Shown in pieces: positions 1 through 10,520 of a stretch of 64,000 bases of DNA. This DNA comes from Nitrososphaeria archaeon. Lineage in GTDB: Archaea > Thermoproteota > Nitrososphaeria > Geothermarchaeales > JDFR-13. The stretch spans positions 128,001-192,000 of the forward strand of contig JALWXN010000004.1 of the NCBI GenBank assembly GCA_027078545.1, in the 5' to 3' direction. The notes under the pieces were generated by a model, which had not been told where the DNA came from, made no database searches, and saw only the letters and a list, made by a program, of their open reading frames with translations. Made by a program: the position numbers and the translations under genes. Each line of letters begins with the position of its first letter. The stretch's first letter is position 1.

Positions 1-150
1 AAATATAGAGGCATCCTAAGCAAGGTAGACAACTATATGAACCTACTGATCGAAGACGCAGTAGAGGAGGCAGGTAACAAGTCCACCAGATTCGGAACAA
101 TATTGATAAGGGGTAACAACATCCTCTTCATCAAACTATCAACAGTATAG
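1..150 (+). CDS. Sm-like (Lsm/SmAP) protein, 3' part (truncated by window edge)
   Basis: Frame 1 reads KYRGILSKVDNYMNLLIEDAVE...FGTILIRGNNILFI* with Sm1 (DxxMNL) and Sm2 (IRGNN) motifs; lies directly upstream of MAT; absent from the ORF track. Confidence 0.9.
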   Translation, partial: KYRGILSKVDNYMNLLIEDAVEEAGNKSTRFGTILIRGNNILFIKLSTV

Positions 151-165
151 CAATGGTGATGCCCA

Positions 166-1377
166 ATGATAGGAATAGAAGCCCTGCAAAGAAAGCCTGT
201 CAACAATATGAAGATAGAGCTAGTCGAGAGGAAAGGTGTTGGACACCCTGACTACATCATAGACGCTTCATGTGAATACGTCTCCCGAGAACTCAGCAAA
301 TACTATCTCAATAAATACGGCATGATACTACACCACAACGTCGACAAAGGTCTTATAATCGGGGGTGAGGCAGAGCCAAAGTTTGGAGGCGGAGTAGTAA
401 CCAAGCCTATAGAGATACATGTGGCGGGGAGAGCGAGTTACGACGATGACTATGAAGAAGTTATAGAGGTCTCTAGAGAGGCCGTCAAGAAATTCCTTAA
501 GGAAAATATTAGACACCTGGACCCCGACGCCCATGTAAATATAAAACTCTCACTACGCAGAGGATCGACCGAACTAGCAAACCTAGTTAAGAGGAGTAAG
601 GAGATCCCCCTAGCCAATGACACCTCATTCGGGGTGGGGTACTACCCCCTATCCGACCTAGAGAGCATGGTATACTACCTAGAACGTCACCTCAACAGCC
701 CAGAGATAAAGAAGAGCTACAAGTTCATCGGCGAGGACATAAAGATATCGGGCCTCAGAATAGGGAGGAAAGTCACACTCACCGTGGCCACTGCAATAGT
801 GGACCGCTACATAAACAGTGTCAAAGAATATAGGGATTCGAAGGAAACAGTCCTTAAACTATCCCGAGAATTCCTGGACCAGAAGGGATACACAGATAAA
901 TACAAGATAAAAGTTAGGGTAAACACAGCGGACGACCTAAAATCACGAAAGATATACCTTACCGTTACAGGCACATCAGCCGAGATGGGAGACGATGGGA
1001 ATACTGGACGGGGAAACAGGGTGAACGGCCTCATAACACCTAACAGATTCATGAGCCTAGAGGCTGTAGCGGGTAAAAACCCGATAAACCATGTAGGGAA
1101 GATATACAACGTACTAGCGATGAAGATGAGCAGAGACATCTATATGGAGCTGGAGGATACAGTAGAGGAAGTATACGTAAGGATACTAAGCACGATAGGG
1201 AAAAAGATTACGGAGCCCCAGATCGTAAACGTGCTATATGTCCCAAAGAGAGGGGCTGGGATGAAGACCAGCGAGATAAAGAGCGTTATAAAGAGGGTTG
1301 TCGACGAAAACATGACTGGCGAAGCCTTCCGTAGACTAACTAACGACATAGTGGAGGGTAAGTACACCCTATTCTAA
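166..1377 (+). CDS. mat: Archaeal S-adenosylmethionine synthetase
   Basis: [58 protein letters not shown] motifs. Confidence 0.95.
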   Translation: MIGIEALQRKPVNNMKIELVERKGVGHPDYIIDASCEYVSRELSKYYLNKYGMILHHNVDKGLIIGGEAEPKFGGGVVTKPIEIHVAGRASYDDDYEEVIEVSREAVKKFLKENIRHLDPDAHVNIKLSLRRGSTELANLVKRSKEIPLANDTSFGVGYYPLSDLESMVYYLERHLNSPEIKKSYKFIGEDIKISGLRIGRKVTLTVATAIVDRYINSVKEYRDSKETVLKLSREFLDQKGYTDKYKIKVRVNTADDLKSRKIYLTVTGTSAEMGDDGNTGRGNRVNGLITPNRFMSLEAVAGKNPINHVGKIYNVLAMKMSRDIYMELEDTVEEVYVRILSTIGKKITEPQIVNVLYVPKRGAGMKTSEIKSVIKRVVDENMTGEAFRRLTNDIVEGKYTLF

Positions 1378-1387
1378 TCACTAAACC

Positions 1388-2314
1388 TCATAACTCAGTA
1401 GAGAATTCCGCGAATCCCTTCTCCGCCAGGACATTCTTCGCAAAAACCTTATCGAGACCATACCTTCTAATGAAATACTTAGTGACTGTAACCACATCGC
1501 GTTTCAAAAGAATATTGGCTGCGGGATCCGTCTTCTCAACAGCCTGTGGCCAGTCAATAATCTTGATGCCACCCTCATTCAAAACGAAGATATTGTACTC
1601 GCTCAAATCCCCATTCACATAACCAGCCTCATAAATCCTAGCAATGGAGTCTACGACCTCTACATACACCTCTTCAGCATCGCCAGGAGGGATAACCGCG
1701 TCCTTAAGCAACACCCCATCTAGATACTCCATCATAACCACATGCATAACGGAGTACACGGGCCTAGGAACCGGGAGATCCAGGATGGCCAGCTTCTTCA
1801 AAATGTTATACTCCTTCTTGGCTGCCGACACGTTCCTATATAGCCAGGGACGCCATATCCTAGTGATCCCATAAGACCTTAGCCTCCTAACCTGTCTAAA
1901 GCTTATACGGCCCAGCCGGAAGATCTTGAGGGAATAGAGCGTATTGTCAGGAGCGACGGCTTCATAGACATCCGACTCCTTACCTACACCTATCTGTCTA
2001 CCCAGTCCCTTTACCAGCCCCCTCATAGCAAGTTTATGGAGAGCCAAGACGTCAGCGCCAAGAGTCTGGAGCCTAACACTAGGGAATGGCTGACCGAAAT
2101 ACTCCACCAGCCCGAGTCCATGAAGCTCCCTAGCCACCTTGACTATTCTCTCCTCCTTAGTCTTCAAAACGTTAGATAGTAGCTTTACTGGAACCCTCTC
2201 AAAATTCAGTGAGTATCGGAAGACCGCATCTAGAAATTCATATATCCATGGATCGGCATCTACAAGCTCTGTCAACACCTCCCTTAGATGCGGCATTTCA
2301 AAAACAATATTCAA
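1388..2314 (-). CDS. rio2: RIO2-type serine/threonine kinase
   Basis: N-terminal wHTH-like region, GVGKESDVY, GDLSEYN, IIDWPQ. Confidence 0.9.
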   Translation of the reverse strand: MNIVFEMPHLREVLTELVDADPWIYEFLDAVFRYSLNFERVPVKLLSNVLKTKEERIVKVARELHGLGLVEYFGQPFPSVRLQTLGADVLALHKLAMRGLVKGLGRQIGVGKESDVYEAVAPDNTLYSLKIFRLGRISFRQVRRLRSYGITRIWRPWLYRNVSAAKKEYNILKKLAILDLPVPRPVYSVMHVVMMEYLDGVLLKDAVIPPGDAEEVYVEVVDSIARIYEAGYVNGDLSEYNIFVLNEGGIKIIDWPQAVEKTDPAANILLKRDVVTVTKYFIRRYGLDKVFAKNVLAEKGFAEFSTEL

Positions 2315-2371
2315 TCAGGGACTTAACACTTTAGGGAGAAGATCGAGAATATATTGGATTGACTGGTAGCA

Positions 2372-3010
2372 ATGGATGGTTCAAAAAGAGGGGGATACAT
2401 ACTAGACATAAAGACCTTGGTGAACAACTACCTACCCAATGTCATACCCATAAGCACCGGGATCCCACAGCTAGACGATGTCCTAGAAGGGGGCTTCAAA
2501 CCATATAGCAAATACATGCTTTATGGGGAGGCCGGCACATGGAAGACCAGGATCTCACTGAGACTGGTAGAGAATGCACCTAGAGACTCCTCCCCAGTAA
2601 TCATCTCATGTAAACATGGAGCCTTACCCACCATCAACGGAGAAAAGAGATTCCTCCACATGGACAGAGTCGAGGAGATAAACACATACCTGGAGAGGCT
2701 CCTAGCACTACCACCCAACAAGCCCAGGATCATCATTATAGACGATCTAGACCACGCGGGATACAGCAACATTAGCGAGATATACGACATGCTTACCCTG
2801 CTCAACAAGATCATCTATAGGGATCAGGGCCTCTTAATAGTCACATCTGGAGTCTCACAGCAGCCTGGAAACACAAAGACTCTGAAACCAAGACTACCCA
2901 GAATAGTGCAGGTGTCGATGGATGTACACATATTCCTCTCAAGGGAGGCTGATAACAGGATAAGGATATACAACATGTCTATAGGCAAGTCCGCGATAAT
3001 CAATATATAG
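2372..3010 (+). CDS. RecA-superfamily (RadB/KaiC-like) ATPase, divergent
   Basis: ISTGIPQLDDVLEGG, Walker A variant GEAGTWKT, Walker B IIIIDD. Confidence 0.7.
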   Translation: MDGSKRGGYILDIKTLVNNYLPNVIPISTGIPQLDDVLEGGFKPYSKYMLYGEAGTWKTRISLRLVENAPRDSSPVIISCKHGALPTINGEKRFLHMDRVEEINTYLERLLALPPNKPRIIIIDDLDHAGYSNISEIYDMLTLLNKIIYRDQGLLIVTSGVSQQPGNTKTLKPRLPRIVQVSMDVHIFLSREADNRIRIYNMSIGKSAIINI

Positions 3011-3021
3011 ATAAGCTTCGG

Positions 3022-3429
3022 GTGGAAAGCGTGGAGGAAGGCGAGCAACAAGACAGGAAGATGACGCTGATGGATGCAAAGAAGATTTTCTATAAGATCC
3101 TTGACAACCCCAACGAGAAGAAGCAACTTCTAAACACTCTAACCACCATCAAGACTAAGAACAAGGTCCTCAAGGGATACATCTTCGGAGTAATGAATAT
3201 TGTAAACGCTAAAAGGAGGAGATACTCGTACTACGGAGAGGACGACAAGACAAATAAAAAGCTTCTACGCCTAGTCTCCAAGATGGGGGATAATAGATTC
3301 CTCCCCGACTACGACAAGGGGATATTCCTAGCATGGAAGGATTACCTGATATATAGAATTAGAAAATCCTCCGGGTCAATAGATAACAAGAATGTTGTAA
3401 ACAACGGCCCAGACAAAGAGCCAGAGTAA
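3022..3429 (+). CDS. Hypothetical protein
   Basis: 135-aa ORF co-oriented with the upstream gene; no recognised motif. Confidence 0.55.
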   Translation: MESVEEGEQQDRKMTLMDAKKIFYKILDNPNEKKQLLNTLTTIKTKNKVLKGYIFGVMNIVNAKRRRYSYYGEDDKTNKKLLRLVSKMGDNRFLPDYDKGIFLAWKDYLIYRIRKSSGSIDNKNVVNNGPDKEPE

Positions 3430-3651
3430 TATAAAGGTGCCTATCCCCTCCAGGAAAATAGTCTTCAAACTTAGGATACCCCTAGAGACAGTATATCGAT
3501 AAACAACCATAATAGTGAATAGATAGACCATACCCATAACAATGATTGCCAAACCCAGAGTAGGAAGGCTCCATTTCATCAAACCTGATACAAGACCACC
3601 TAAAACGGCCAACAAGGCTCTGAGGAGATATATCTTTAACTGTGCATCCAT
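3376..3651 (-). CDS. Small membrane protein (EMC6-like, three TM segments)
   Basis: Hydrophobic 91-aa ORF from ATG at 3651, ending EGIGTFILLWLFVWAVVYN. Confidence 0.6.
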   Translation of the reverse strand: MDAQLKIYLLRALLAVLGGLVSGLMKWSLPTLGLAIIVMGMVYLFTIMVVYRYTVSRGILSLKTIFLEGIGTFILLWLFVWAVVYNILVIY

Positions 3652-3712
3652 AACTCTCACACTATCAAATATTTCCAAGACTCCCAACGTAAATAAGGGG
3701 TGGGGATGAGGA

Positions 3713-5524
3713 ATGGCCCAATACATACTCACTACCGGCGCCTTGAAAAAGATACTATACCTAACCACTGGAAGGCATGAGAAGATAAGATTTAAGAGGC
3801 TCTCCCCATACGGGAGTGGCTATATAATGAAGCTCCACACAGACGCGGGAACTAAAGAGATATATATAGATCTCAACGAGAAGCTGTACCTACCTTTCAA
3901 CTTCAAAACGGATGAATTAGGCGACGATCATCTCACCAGACTCATAAACTCTCGATATAGGAATGTATCAGTCGAGATTAGCCAGATAGGATGGGAAAGA
4001 GTAGTAGATGTAGCGTTCCCCGACGGATCCTCCATAATTATCGAACTGTTCTCTGGGGGAAACCTCATCTACATGGATAGCGACAAGACCATTCTAGCGG
4101 CATACAGAGAATTTGAGACGAAGAAAAGAGCTGTAAAACGAGGACTCAAATATGTTCTACACACTATCGATCTAGACCAGCTCCTAGCCGAGGATAGGGA
4201 GTATAGAAAGAAAGAACTCTTCAGAATACTCCCACTCGACCCTATGACGATAGAGGAATGGTTCCCCGAGGATAGTTGGAGACCCAGGGACATCATCGAA
4301 AAAATTAGAGAGATCCAGTCAGCCATAGAAGACTCTTTTGGAGACGAAACGATATACATCTACCGCTACAAGGAAAAACTATATATACAACCAACTCGTT
4401 ACACGGTGGGGGACCTGGAGGATCAAGGACCGCTACACCAGGTATCAGAGAGGATACTCAGTAACATCCTATTAGGCAGGGATAGGGAGAAGACACTCGA
4501 TAACGAGATCTCCAAGCTACGGAACAGGATACTCCAGCTACATAGACAGAGAGAAGTGATGAAGAAGGCTCTTGACGATATATACCTATACATACCCCAG
4601 CTCGAAACCGTCCTAACAGCCATAAGAAGTGGGGGAGAACATAGCAATGGAGAGATAGGTCCATTCAGAGTAGGTAGGATAGATAGGAAGGAGAAGACGT
4701 TGACACTCCGGCTCGACGATGTCGAGATACCACTGAGATACGACCTCAACATATATGCCAGTATATCCCAAGCATACGACACACTCAAGAGGATAGACGA
4801 AGGTATTAAGAATCTTGAGAAGAAGCTGGGAGAACTTGAGACTAAGGCTAAAAAGATAGAGAAGCCCACCCTTGAGAAGAAGATCAGGCTGAGAAGGAAG
4901 TGGTTCGAAAAGTTCATATGGAGCTATACGAGGAAGGGAAGACTCATTGTGGCGGGAAGGGACGCGACAACAAATGAAATACTTGTGAAGAAACATACGA
5001 CCAGTGGTGATCTCGTCTTCCACGCAGAGATACATGGTAGCCCCTTCACCATTCTAAAGGGTGGGGAGGGGGCGGATGAGGAGGAGCTGATTGATGCAGC
5101 CACCATTACAGCTTCATATAGCAACGCGTGGAAACATGGATTATCCTACGTCCCAGTCTACTATGTAAAGCCGGAGCAGGTGAGTAAGGAGGCGCCTAGC
5201 GGACAGTATCTCAAGAAGGGTAGTTTCATGATATATGGTGAGAAGAATTATGTTAAGGACCATAGTATCTCACTATACATCACCCTCATAGAGCTTGAAG
5301 GAGAGCCTAGGATATTCATCGGGACTAGAGAAGCCATTATAAACATGGGTAGAAAACCCGACTTCTATCTATATCCAGGTAGGCTGGGGAGGGGCGACGC
5401 CGCCAAGAAAATAGTTGAACACTACGTATCACAGGGATTAATACCAAGGGAGTATGGAGAGCCCCTGTATAATGACCTGGTTAATAGGCTACCGCCTGGG
5501 AAGACGGGTGTTAAGAGGCTTTAA
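3713..5524 (+). CDS. NFACT/Rqc2 (NEMF-like) ribosome quality-control protein
   Basis: ELFSGGNL, coiled coil, WFEKFIW...GRDATTNEILVKK, FHAEIHGSP, QVSKEAPSGQYLKKGSFMIYG. Confidence 0.9.
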   Translation: MAQYILTTGALKKILYLTTGRHEKIRFKRLSPYGSGYIMKLHTDAGTKEIYIDLNEKLYLPFNFKTDELGDDHLTRLINSRYRNVSVEISQIGWERVVDVAFPDGSSIIIELFSGGNLIYMDSDKTILAAYREFETKKRAVKRGLKYVLHTIDLDQLLAEDREYRKKELFRILPLDPMTIEEWFPEDSWRPRDIIEKIREIQSAIEDSFGDETIYIYRYKEKLYIQPTRYTVGDLEDQGPLHQVSERILSNILLGRDREKTLDNEISKLRNRILQLHRQREVMKKALDDIYLYIPQLETVLTAIRSGGEHSNGEIGPFRVGRIDRKEKTLTLRLDDVEIPLRYDLNIYASISQAYDTLKRIDEGIKNLEKKLGELETKAKKIEKPTLEKKIRLRRKWFEKFIWSYTRKGRLIVAGRDATTNEILVKKHTTSGDLVFHAEIHGSPFTILKGGEGADEEELIDAATITASYSNAWKHGLSYVPVYYVKPEQVSKEAPSGQYLKKGSFMIYGEKNYVKDHSISLYITLIELEGEPRIFIGTREAIINMGRKPDFYLYPGRLGRGDAAKKIVEHYVSQGLIPREYGEPLYNDLVNRLPPGKTGVKRL

Positions 5525-6534
5525 ACGAGGCCTAGTTCGCTCCTACGATCTATAGTGGCATGGGTATCCGGCCCTGTGGATATTATGGTTACTGGTATCT
5601 TACCAATACTCTCTATCTCCTCGATGAATCTCTTCGCCTCAGGGGATAGTTCTTCATAACTTGTCTTGTTGGCATCCTGTGGGAATAGTATATCCAGCTT
5701 AGTCAGCGCTATCTGGGTAGGACTGTTAAGCAATATGGCCCTCTTCAGATAGTTGAAGTTGAATGGTGCGGCCCTCCTAATTCTACCAGTCACTGTAGCC
5801 ACTTCTAGGAACCCCCTCTCTCTAGCCTCCTCCATACTCATCTCGCCTTCTAGGGGGCCTTCCCCAACCCTGGTGACGTAGGACTTAACCACTAGAACAA
5901 CGTCATCCACCTTCTTTGGACCCACACCTACATCTGAACATATTGCGGAGGCTGTCACGTCTTTAGACGTGACATAGGGATATGTACCATGATAGAGGGA
6001 GAGGAAGGTGCCCTGAGTACCCTCCAAAACGACGTTTTCACCCCTATCTAGAGCCTCGTTAACCTCACCAGCAACATCGGCCAAAAGAGGCTTTAATTCC
6101 TCTATATCCCTCGCCACCTTTAGTTTCCTGAGTACTCTATCACTCATGGCTGCTCCGCTTCCAGAGGCTGTGGAGCCTAGACCCCTTAGATGAGAAGACT
6201 CGCGCTCCATCTGGATATGCCTATCCTCAATGATGCCCGTCTGATGATCAAGGAAGACCCTTCCTTCAGACCTAGTAAGTTTAATCTCGTCGAAGAGGAG
6301 AGGCGGATACACCAGTACTCCAGCGCCAATCATTAATTTCGTCGATGGATTCACGAATCCACTAGGTATCTGCCTCAACTTATACTCCCTCCCCTGATAC
6401 ACCACGGTATGTCCAGCGTTAGGCCCTACACCACCCCTCGCAACTATGATGGGAGCGTCTTTTATGGCTAGGTACGACACTATCTTACCCTTCCCAGTAT
6501 CACCGAAGAACCCGTCGACCACGACCGTCAGCAT
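5521..6534 (-). CDS. purA: Adenylosuccinate synthetase (short archaeal form)
   Basis: FFGDTGKGKI, GPNAGHT, EGTQG, TYPYVTS, TVTGRIRR, TKLD. Confidence 0.95.
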   Translation of the reverse strand: MLTVVVDGFFGDTGKGKIVSYLAIKDAPIIVARGGVGPNAGHTVVYQGREYKLRQIPSGFVNPSTKLMIGAGVLVYPPLLFDEIKLTRSEGRVFLDHQTGIIEDRHIQMERESSHLRGLGSTASGSGAAMSDRVLRKLKVARDIEELKPLLADVAGEVNEALDRGENVVLEGTQGTFLSLYHGTYPYVTSKDVTASAICSDVGVGPKKVDDVVLVVKSYVTRVGEGPLEGEMSMEEARERGFLEVATVTGRIRRAAPFNFNYLKRAILLNSPTQIALTKLDILFPQDANKTSYEELSPEAKRFIEEIESIGKIPVTIISTGPDTHATIDRRSELGLV

Positions 6535-6615
6535 GGCCCTACACCACTGATATACCAGCCAACCTATTGATACTTAGGATAGCCATATGAATCTTGAATA
6601 ACCTCTCCCTAGGGA

Positions 6616-7599
6616 GTGGTATCGATAATGAAGTATGGAAAGATATCCAGCGATGAGATAGAGCGGTATATCAAGCCACACACTGGATATGATACTGGAG
6701 ACCTTGTACTGGGCCCCCATCCAGGAATCGACGCAGGGGTGGTGAAGCTGGGGACTAGATTCCTAGCAGCGTCTATCGACCCAATAACAGCCACCTCAAA
6801 CATGATTGGAGAGTGGTGCGTCTACGTAACAACCAATGACGTCTTTGTGACCGGTCTTGAACCCAGATGGTTCCTACTAACCCTTATACTACCTCATGAA
6901 ACATCGAATGAGGATCTTAACAGGATCATGGCGGGTGTAGATAAGGCGTTAAAACGTGTCGGATCCTCTCTTATAGGGGGTCATACAGAGTGGACACCAG
7001 GTATCCAAAGCCCACTGGCAATAGGCACATCTATAGGCATCGGAGATACCGTGTTGAACCCGCGAGACGCTAAGCCGGGGGACAAGCTCATTCTCTTTGG
7101 AGACCCGGGTCTAGAGGGGGCATATATAATATACCTGGAGAAACCCGAGGTGAAGAAGATTCTAGATAGAGATGAGGAGGAGTATATAGCTAGAACCCCT
7201 GAGAAGATATCGGTTGTAGATACTGTCAGACGCCTAAGGAGATACATAGGCTCGACAATCGTATACATGCATGACCCAACGGAGGGAGGTATTCTAAACG
7301 GCTCATATGAAATATCTTTGTCCACAGGCTACTCAGTCAACATACATAGCGAGAGCCTATCCACACACCCAGCGATAATCAAGATTGCCCAACAGTTTAG
7401 GCTAAACCCCTATAAACTCCTCTCGTCCGGATCACTAATCGCTGTGGCTAGGGATCTAGACGAGAAGAAGGCCGAGGATCTAGGTGGAAGAATAATCGGG
7501 GAGATCCTGGAGGCTAGGGGCCCAGCCCTACTTATCGATGGTAAGGAGGTAGATACACTCAATATTGAGAAGGACGATGTATGGAGAGTCGTGGGCTAG
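6616..7599 (+). CDS. AIR-synthase-related (HypE/PurM-fold) protein
   Basis: GIDAGV, DPIT, NDV, IGGHTE, MHDPTEGG, SSGSL. Confidence 0.85.
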   Translation: MVSIMKYGKISSDEIERYIKPHTGYDTGDLVLGPHPGIDAGVVKLGTRFLAASIDPITATSNMIGEWCVYVTTNDVFVTGLEPRWFLLTLILPHETSNEDLNRIMAGVDKALKRVGSSLIGGHTEWTPGIQSPLAIGTSIGIGDTVLNPRDAKPGDKLILFGDPGLEGAYIIYLEKPEVKKILDRDEEEYIARTPEKISVVDTVRRLRRYIGSTIVYMHDPTEGGILNGSYEISLSTGYSVNIHSESLSTHPAIIKIAQQFRLNPYKLLSSGSLIAVARDLDEKKAEDLGGRIIGEILEARGPALLIDGKEVDTLNIEKDDVWRVVG

Positions 7600-8399
7600 G
7601 CTCCGAATCGTCTAGACCTGGTCTGATAAGTACGTATAGCCCTTAGGAAGTCTATCTTACGGAACTCAGGCCACGATACGTCTATGAAAACCAGCTCACT
7701 ATACGCCATCTGCCAAAGCAAGAAGTTACTTATCCTCATCTCACCACCAGTACGTAGGACAAGGTCTAGATCCTGGGAATCCTTCAGATAACTCGTTGAT
7801 AAATAGTTTTGGAAAACCTCCTGAGTTATATCTTCAGGCCTGATCCTACCCTCACAGACCTCATATGCTAGCCTCCTAGCAGCATTTACAATATCCCATT
7901 TCCCCCCATATACCAGCGCCACGTTTAGCGAAAAGCCATCACTATTGGAGAACCTGTTTTCAACACTGTTTATCAAGCCGATCAGATCCTTGTCCAGCCT
8001 AGATATGTCACCTATAAACTTTATCCTAACCCCCTCTTCAGGAGGATCTCTAAGAAGCCTCTCCAAATACTCCCTTAAAAGATTCATTATTATGGAGAGC
8101 TCCTCATAACTCCTATTCTCATAGTTCTCCGTGGAGAGGACAAATATGGTTAGGTGTTTAATACCCAGTTCACGGCACCACCTAATTACATCCTCCACCT
8201 TCTTAGCACCTATTCTATACGCCTTCTCATAGGTGAGGCCATATTGCCTCGCCCACCTACGGTTTCCATCAAGTATTATACCTACATGCCTAGGTAGCAC
8301 ACCCCCCTGTCTAACGTGTTTCTCCAACATCTTCTCATAGATCTTGTATACACCAATCTTCTCCAGCAATGGACGTATAGCTCTATAGATGCTGGGCAA
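7596..8399 (-). CDS. uppS: cis-prenyltransferase (undecaprenyl diphosphate synthase family)
   Basis: HVGIILDGNRRWA, STEN, RTGGEMRISNFLLWQ, RRFG. Confidence 0.95.
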   Translation of the reverse strand: MPSIYRAIRPLLEKIGVYKIYEKMLEKHVRQGGVLPRHVGIILDGNRRWARQYGLTYEKAYRIGAKKVEDVIRWCRELGIKHLTIFVLSTENYENRSYEELSIIMNLLREYLERLLRDPPEEGVRIKFIGDISRLDKDLIGLINSVENRFSNSDGFSLNVALVYGGKWDIVNAARRLAYEVCEGRIRPEDITQEVFQNYLSTSYLKDSQDLDLVLRTGGEMRISNFLLWQMAYSELVFIDVSWPEFRKIDFLRAIRTYQTRSRRFGA

Positions 8400-8401
8400 T
8401 T

Positions 8402-9505
8402 CTACCGCCTCATCCTTGATAGAGCATACATCACAGCACTTGTAATGAATATTGCTAGGAATCCAAACATTACTGATAGGAAGAGGCCTGACAACCCCTT
8501 CTCCGGTGATATAAGGATCTGGCCCACCTCGTTGCCCAGGAAGTAGAACACTATGATTGACACGAAGGCCACTGGATATTTGTATAGGGGGGAATAGTTC
8601 TCAGTAAGTACGTTGTAGAGTGAGAAGCCCAGTATCAGGAAGAGCCCAACCGTAAGTATGGTGAAGGAGATGTAGGGCAGCATATGGCCTATCAATGATC
8701 CGCCTACCTCGAAGATCATGCTCGGGTTATTTAGAACAAGCTGGAACTCCTCCAACTTGCTGATATTGGTATATGCCAGGTATATCCCAGAGAGTAGTGC
8801 GGAGAATGAGCCTAGATAGGTGACCAGCTTTACATATTCGTAGAAGTGGGCATGCCTCAGAGAAGCTATATACTCGTCAATACCCATCCCCTTAACTATC
8901 AAGGCAATACCGACTATGATCAAGCTATATACCATTGCAACCTCCGTCAGTTTGAGCCATGATAGTATCCCGAATAGCAGCATCAGTATCCCAGGAATCC
9001 CTATGAAGTACTGCTTATATGGGGACTCGGTCCAGAGCATCTTTATATACCTACCGATCACCGCGTATGTCTCTTCTATCGACTTGCTATGCTTAACAAC
9101 CACTCTATGGAGAGATGCTATAGGCCTTCTTGACGAGACTATACTTACAATCTCCTCCTCCGAGAACCCATCGGTAACCAGTATCACATAATCCGCTGGG
9201 AACCTTTCTAGAACCGTGTCTAGCTCCTCATTTATCTTAAGATCGGCCTCCACGCCACCCTTCTCACTACCAGCTATTACGGCCACCTCTATCTCCGGAT
9301 ACTTCTCCCTAAGCTGGTTATAGACCTTCAAGGCACCAAACATCGCGTTTCCATCCGCCTCCTCAGGATCCACGAGGAGGAGTTTAGTGGCAGCGTCGAG
9401 AACAGCTTTATATCCTACTATAGGTGTCTTTACACCGGCCTTGACACCTATATCATTGTCTCTATCTACGTTTAGAACTAGGATCTTCTTATTCTCCTCA
9501 CCCAT
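8402..9505 (-). CDS. DUF373 family membrane protein
   Basis: LVLNVDRDNDIG, DPEEADGN, multiple C-terminal TM helices. Confidence 0.85.
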   Translation of the reverse strand: MGEENKKILVLNVDRDNDIGVKAGVKTPIVGYKAVLDAATKLLLVDPEEADGNAMFGALKVYNQLREKYPEIEVAVIAGSEKGGVEADLKINEELDTVLERFPADYVILVTDGFSEEEIVSIVSSRRPIASLHRVVVKHSKSIEETYAVIGRYIKMLWTESPYKQYFIGIPGILMLLFGILSWLKLTEVAMVYSLIIVGIALIVKGMGIDEYIASLRHAHFYEYVKLVTYLGSFSALLSGIYLAYTNISKLEEFQLVLNNPSMIFEVGGSLIGHMLPYISFTILTVGLFLILGFSLYNVLTENYSPLYKYPVAFVSIIVFYFLGNEVGQILISPEKGLSGLFLSVMFGFLAIFITSAVMYALSRMRR

Positions 9506-9558
9506 ATCCCTCAGAAATTTTTTCTATAGAGGTAGTATATGATGGGCTAGCTACTAGG

Positions 9559-10440
9559 CTATATCAGTCCATTCTCCACCAGGACGGAGAACTCCTCGAA
9601 GCTTAGACGTTCACCACGCTCCAGCTTCTTCATAGCGCGTTCAAGTAGCTCGGACCTGCTCAGCACGATCTTCTTAACCTGTTCATAGCTCAAGCCATGA
9701 TACTTCCTTATCCCGAATCTGGCCAGCAACTCTCTCTTCCTCTCCTGGAGATACTTCATCTCACTGGAGATCTTGTCCAGCTGCTTGGATAGCTCAGCGA
9801 TCTCCGCCTCGACCTCCTGCTTGGACTTCTGCAGTTTACTCGCCTGCTCCTTCAATATAGCCTCTTCCTCCTTGAGCTTGTCCAACTTCTGTCTCAGCTC
9901 GTCAAGCTGGGCCCTATACTTGTCTAGGTCATACTCATCAATCTTCCTCCTAACCTCGTCGATCTCTGTCTTCGCGTTTACATAGTCCTCGTATGCCTTG
10001 AGATAGGCTGACAACTCCTTTATCTGCTCAACCAGTCTACGCTCCCTACGGATGCTGAGATTACTAGTCTCATATAGCTCCTCCAGTCTCTCGAGCTCCT
10101 GCCGCAGCTTCTCAGGAGGCTTAGGCAGTCTAGGCCGGTTCCTAAGGATGTTTCTCAGCTCCCTCAGCCTGTTAATAAGCTTCCTCCTCTCCTCTCTAAC
10201 CAGTCTAAACTCCTCCCTCAGCATCCGATATTCCTGTCTCAACTCCTTCTGCTTGTTTACATTGCTTACTATTTCGTCGATCTTGGCGTTAAGCTCCTCT
10301 ATTATACGTCTCCTCTCTGATCGGAGCTGCTTCAGCCTGTCTCTAAGCCTCCTAAACTCGGATTCTATAGGCTCAAGCTTCTGATAGATCTCCCCAAGCT
10401 CTTTAAGCACTTCCTGGACGTTGACAGCCTCCTCCGACAT
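9559..10440 (-). CDS. Archaeal coiled-coil protein (COG1340-like)
   Basis: Long heptad-rich E/K/R sequence ending KLERGERLSFEEF; start placed at ATG 10440. Confidence 0.75.
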   Translation of the reverse strand: MSEEAVNVQEVLKELGEIYQKLEPIESEFRRLRDRLKQLRSERRRIIEELNAKIDEIVSNVNKQKELRQEYRMLREEFRLVREERRKLINRLRELRNILRNRPRLPKPPEKLRQELERLEELYETSNLSIRRERRLVEQIKELSAYLKAYEDYVNAKTEIDEVRRKIDEYDLDKYRAQLDELRQKLDKLKEEEAILKEQASKLQKSKQEVEAEIAELSKQLDKISSEMKYLQERKRELLARFGIRKYHGLSYEQVKKIVLSRSELLERAMKKLERGERLSFEEFSVLVENGLI

Positions 10441-10520
10441 CGTTTCACCGCTTCGGGATGCTTCACTGTTGATAAATGTCATCTAAAGTGTTGTCATAGT
10501 GTATATTTAAATCTGGGTAT

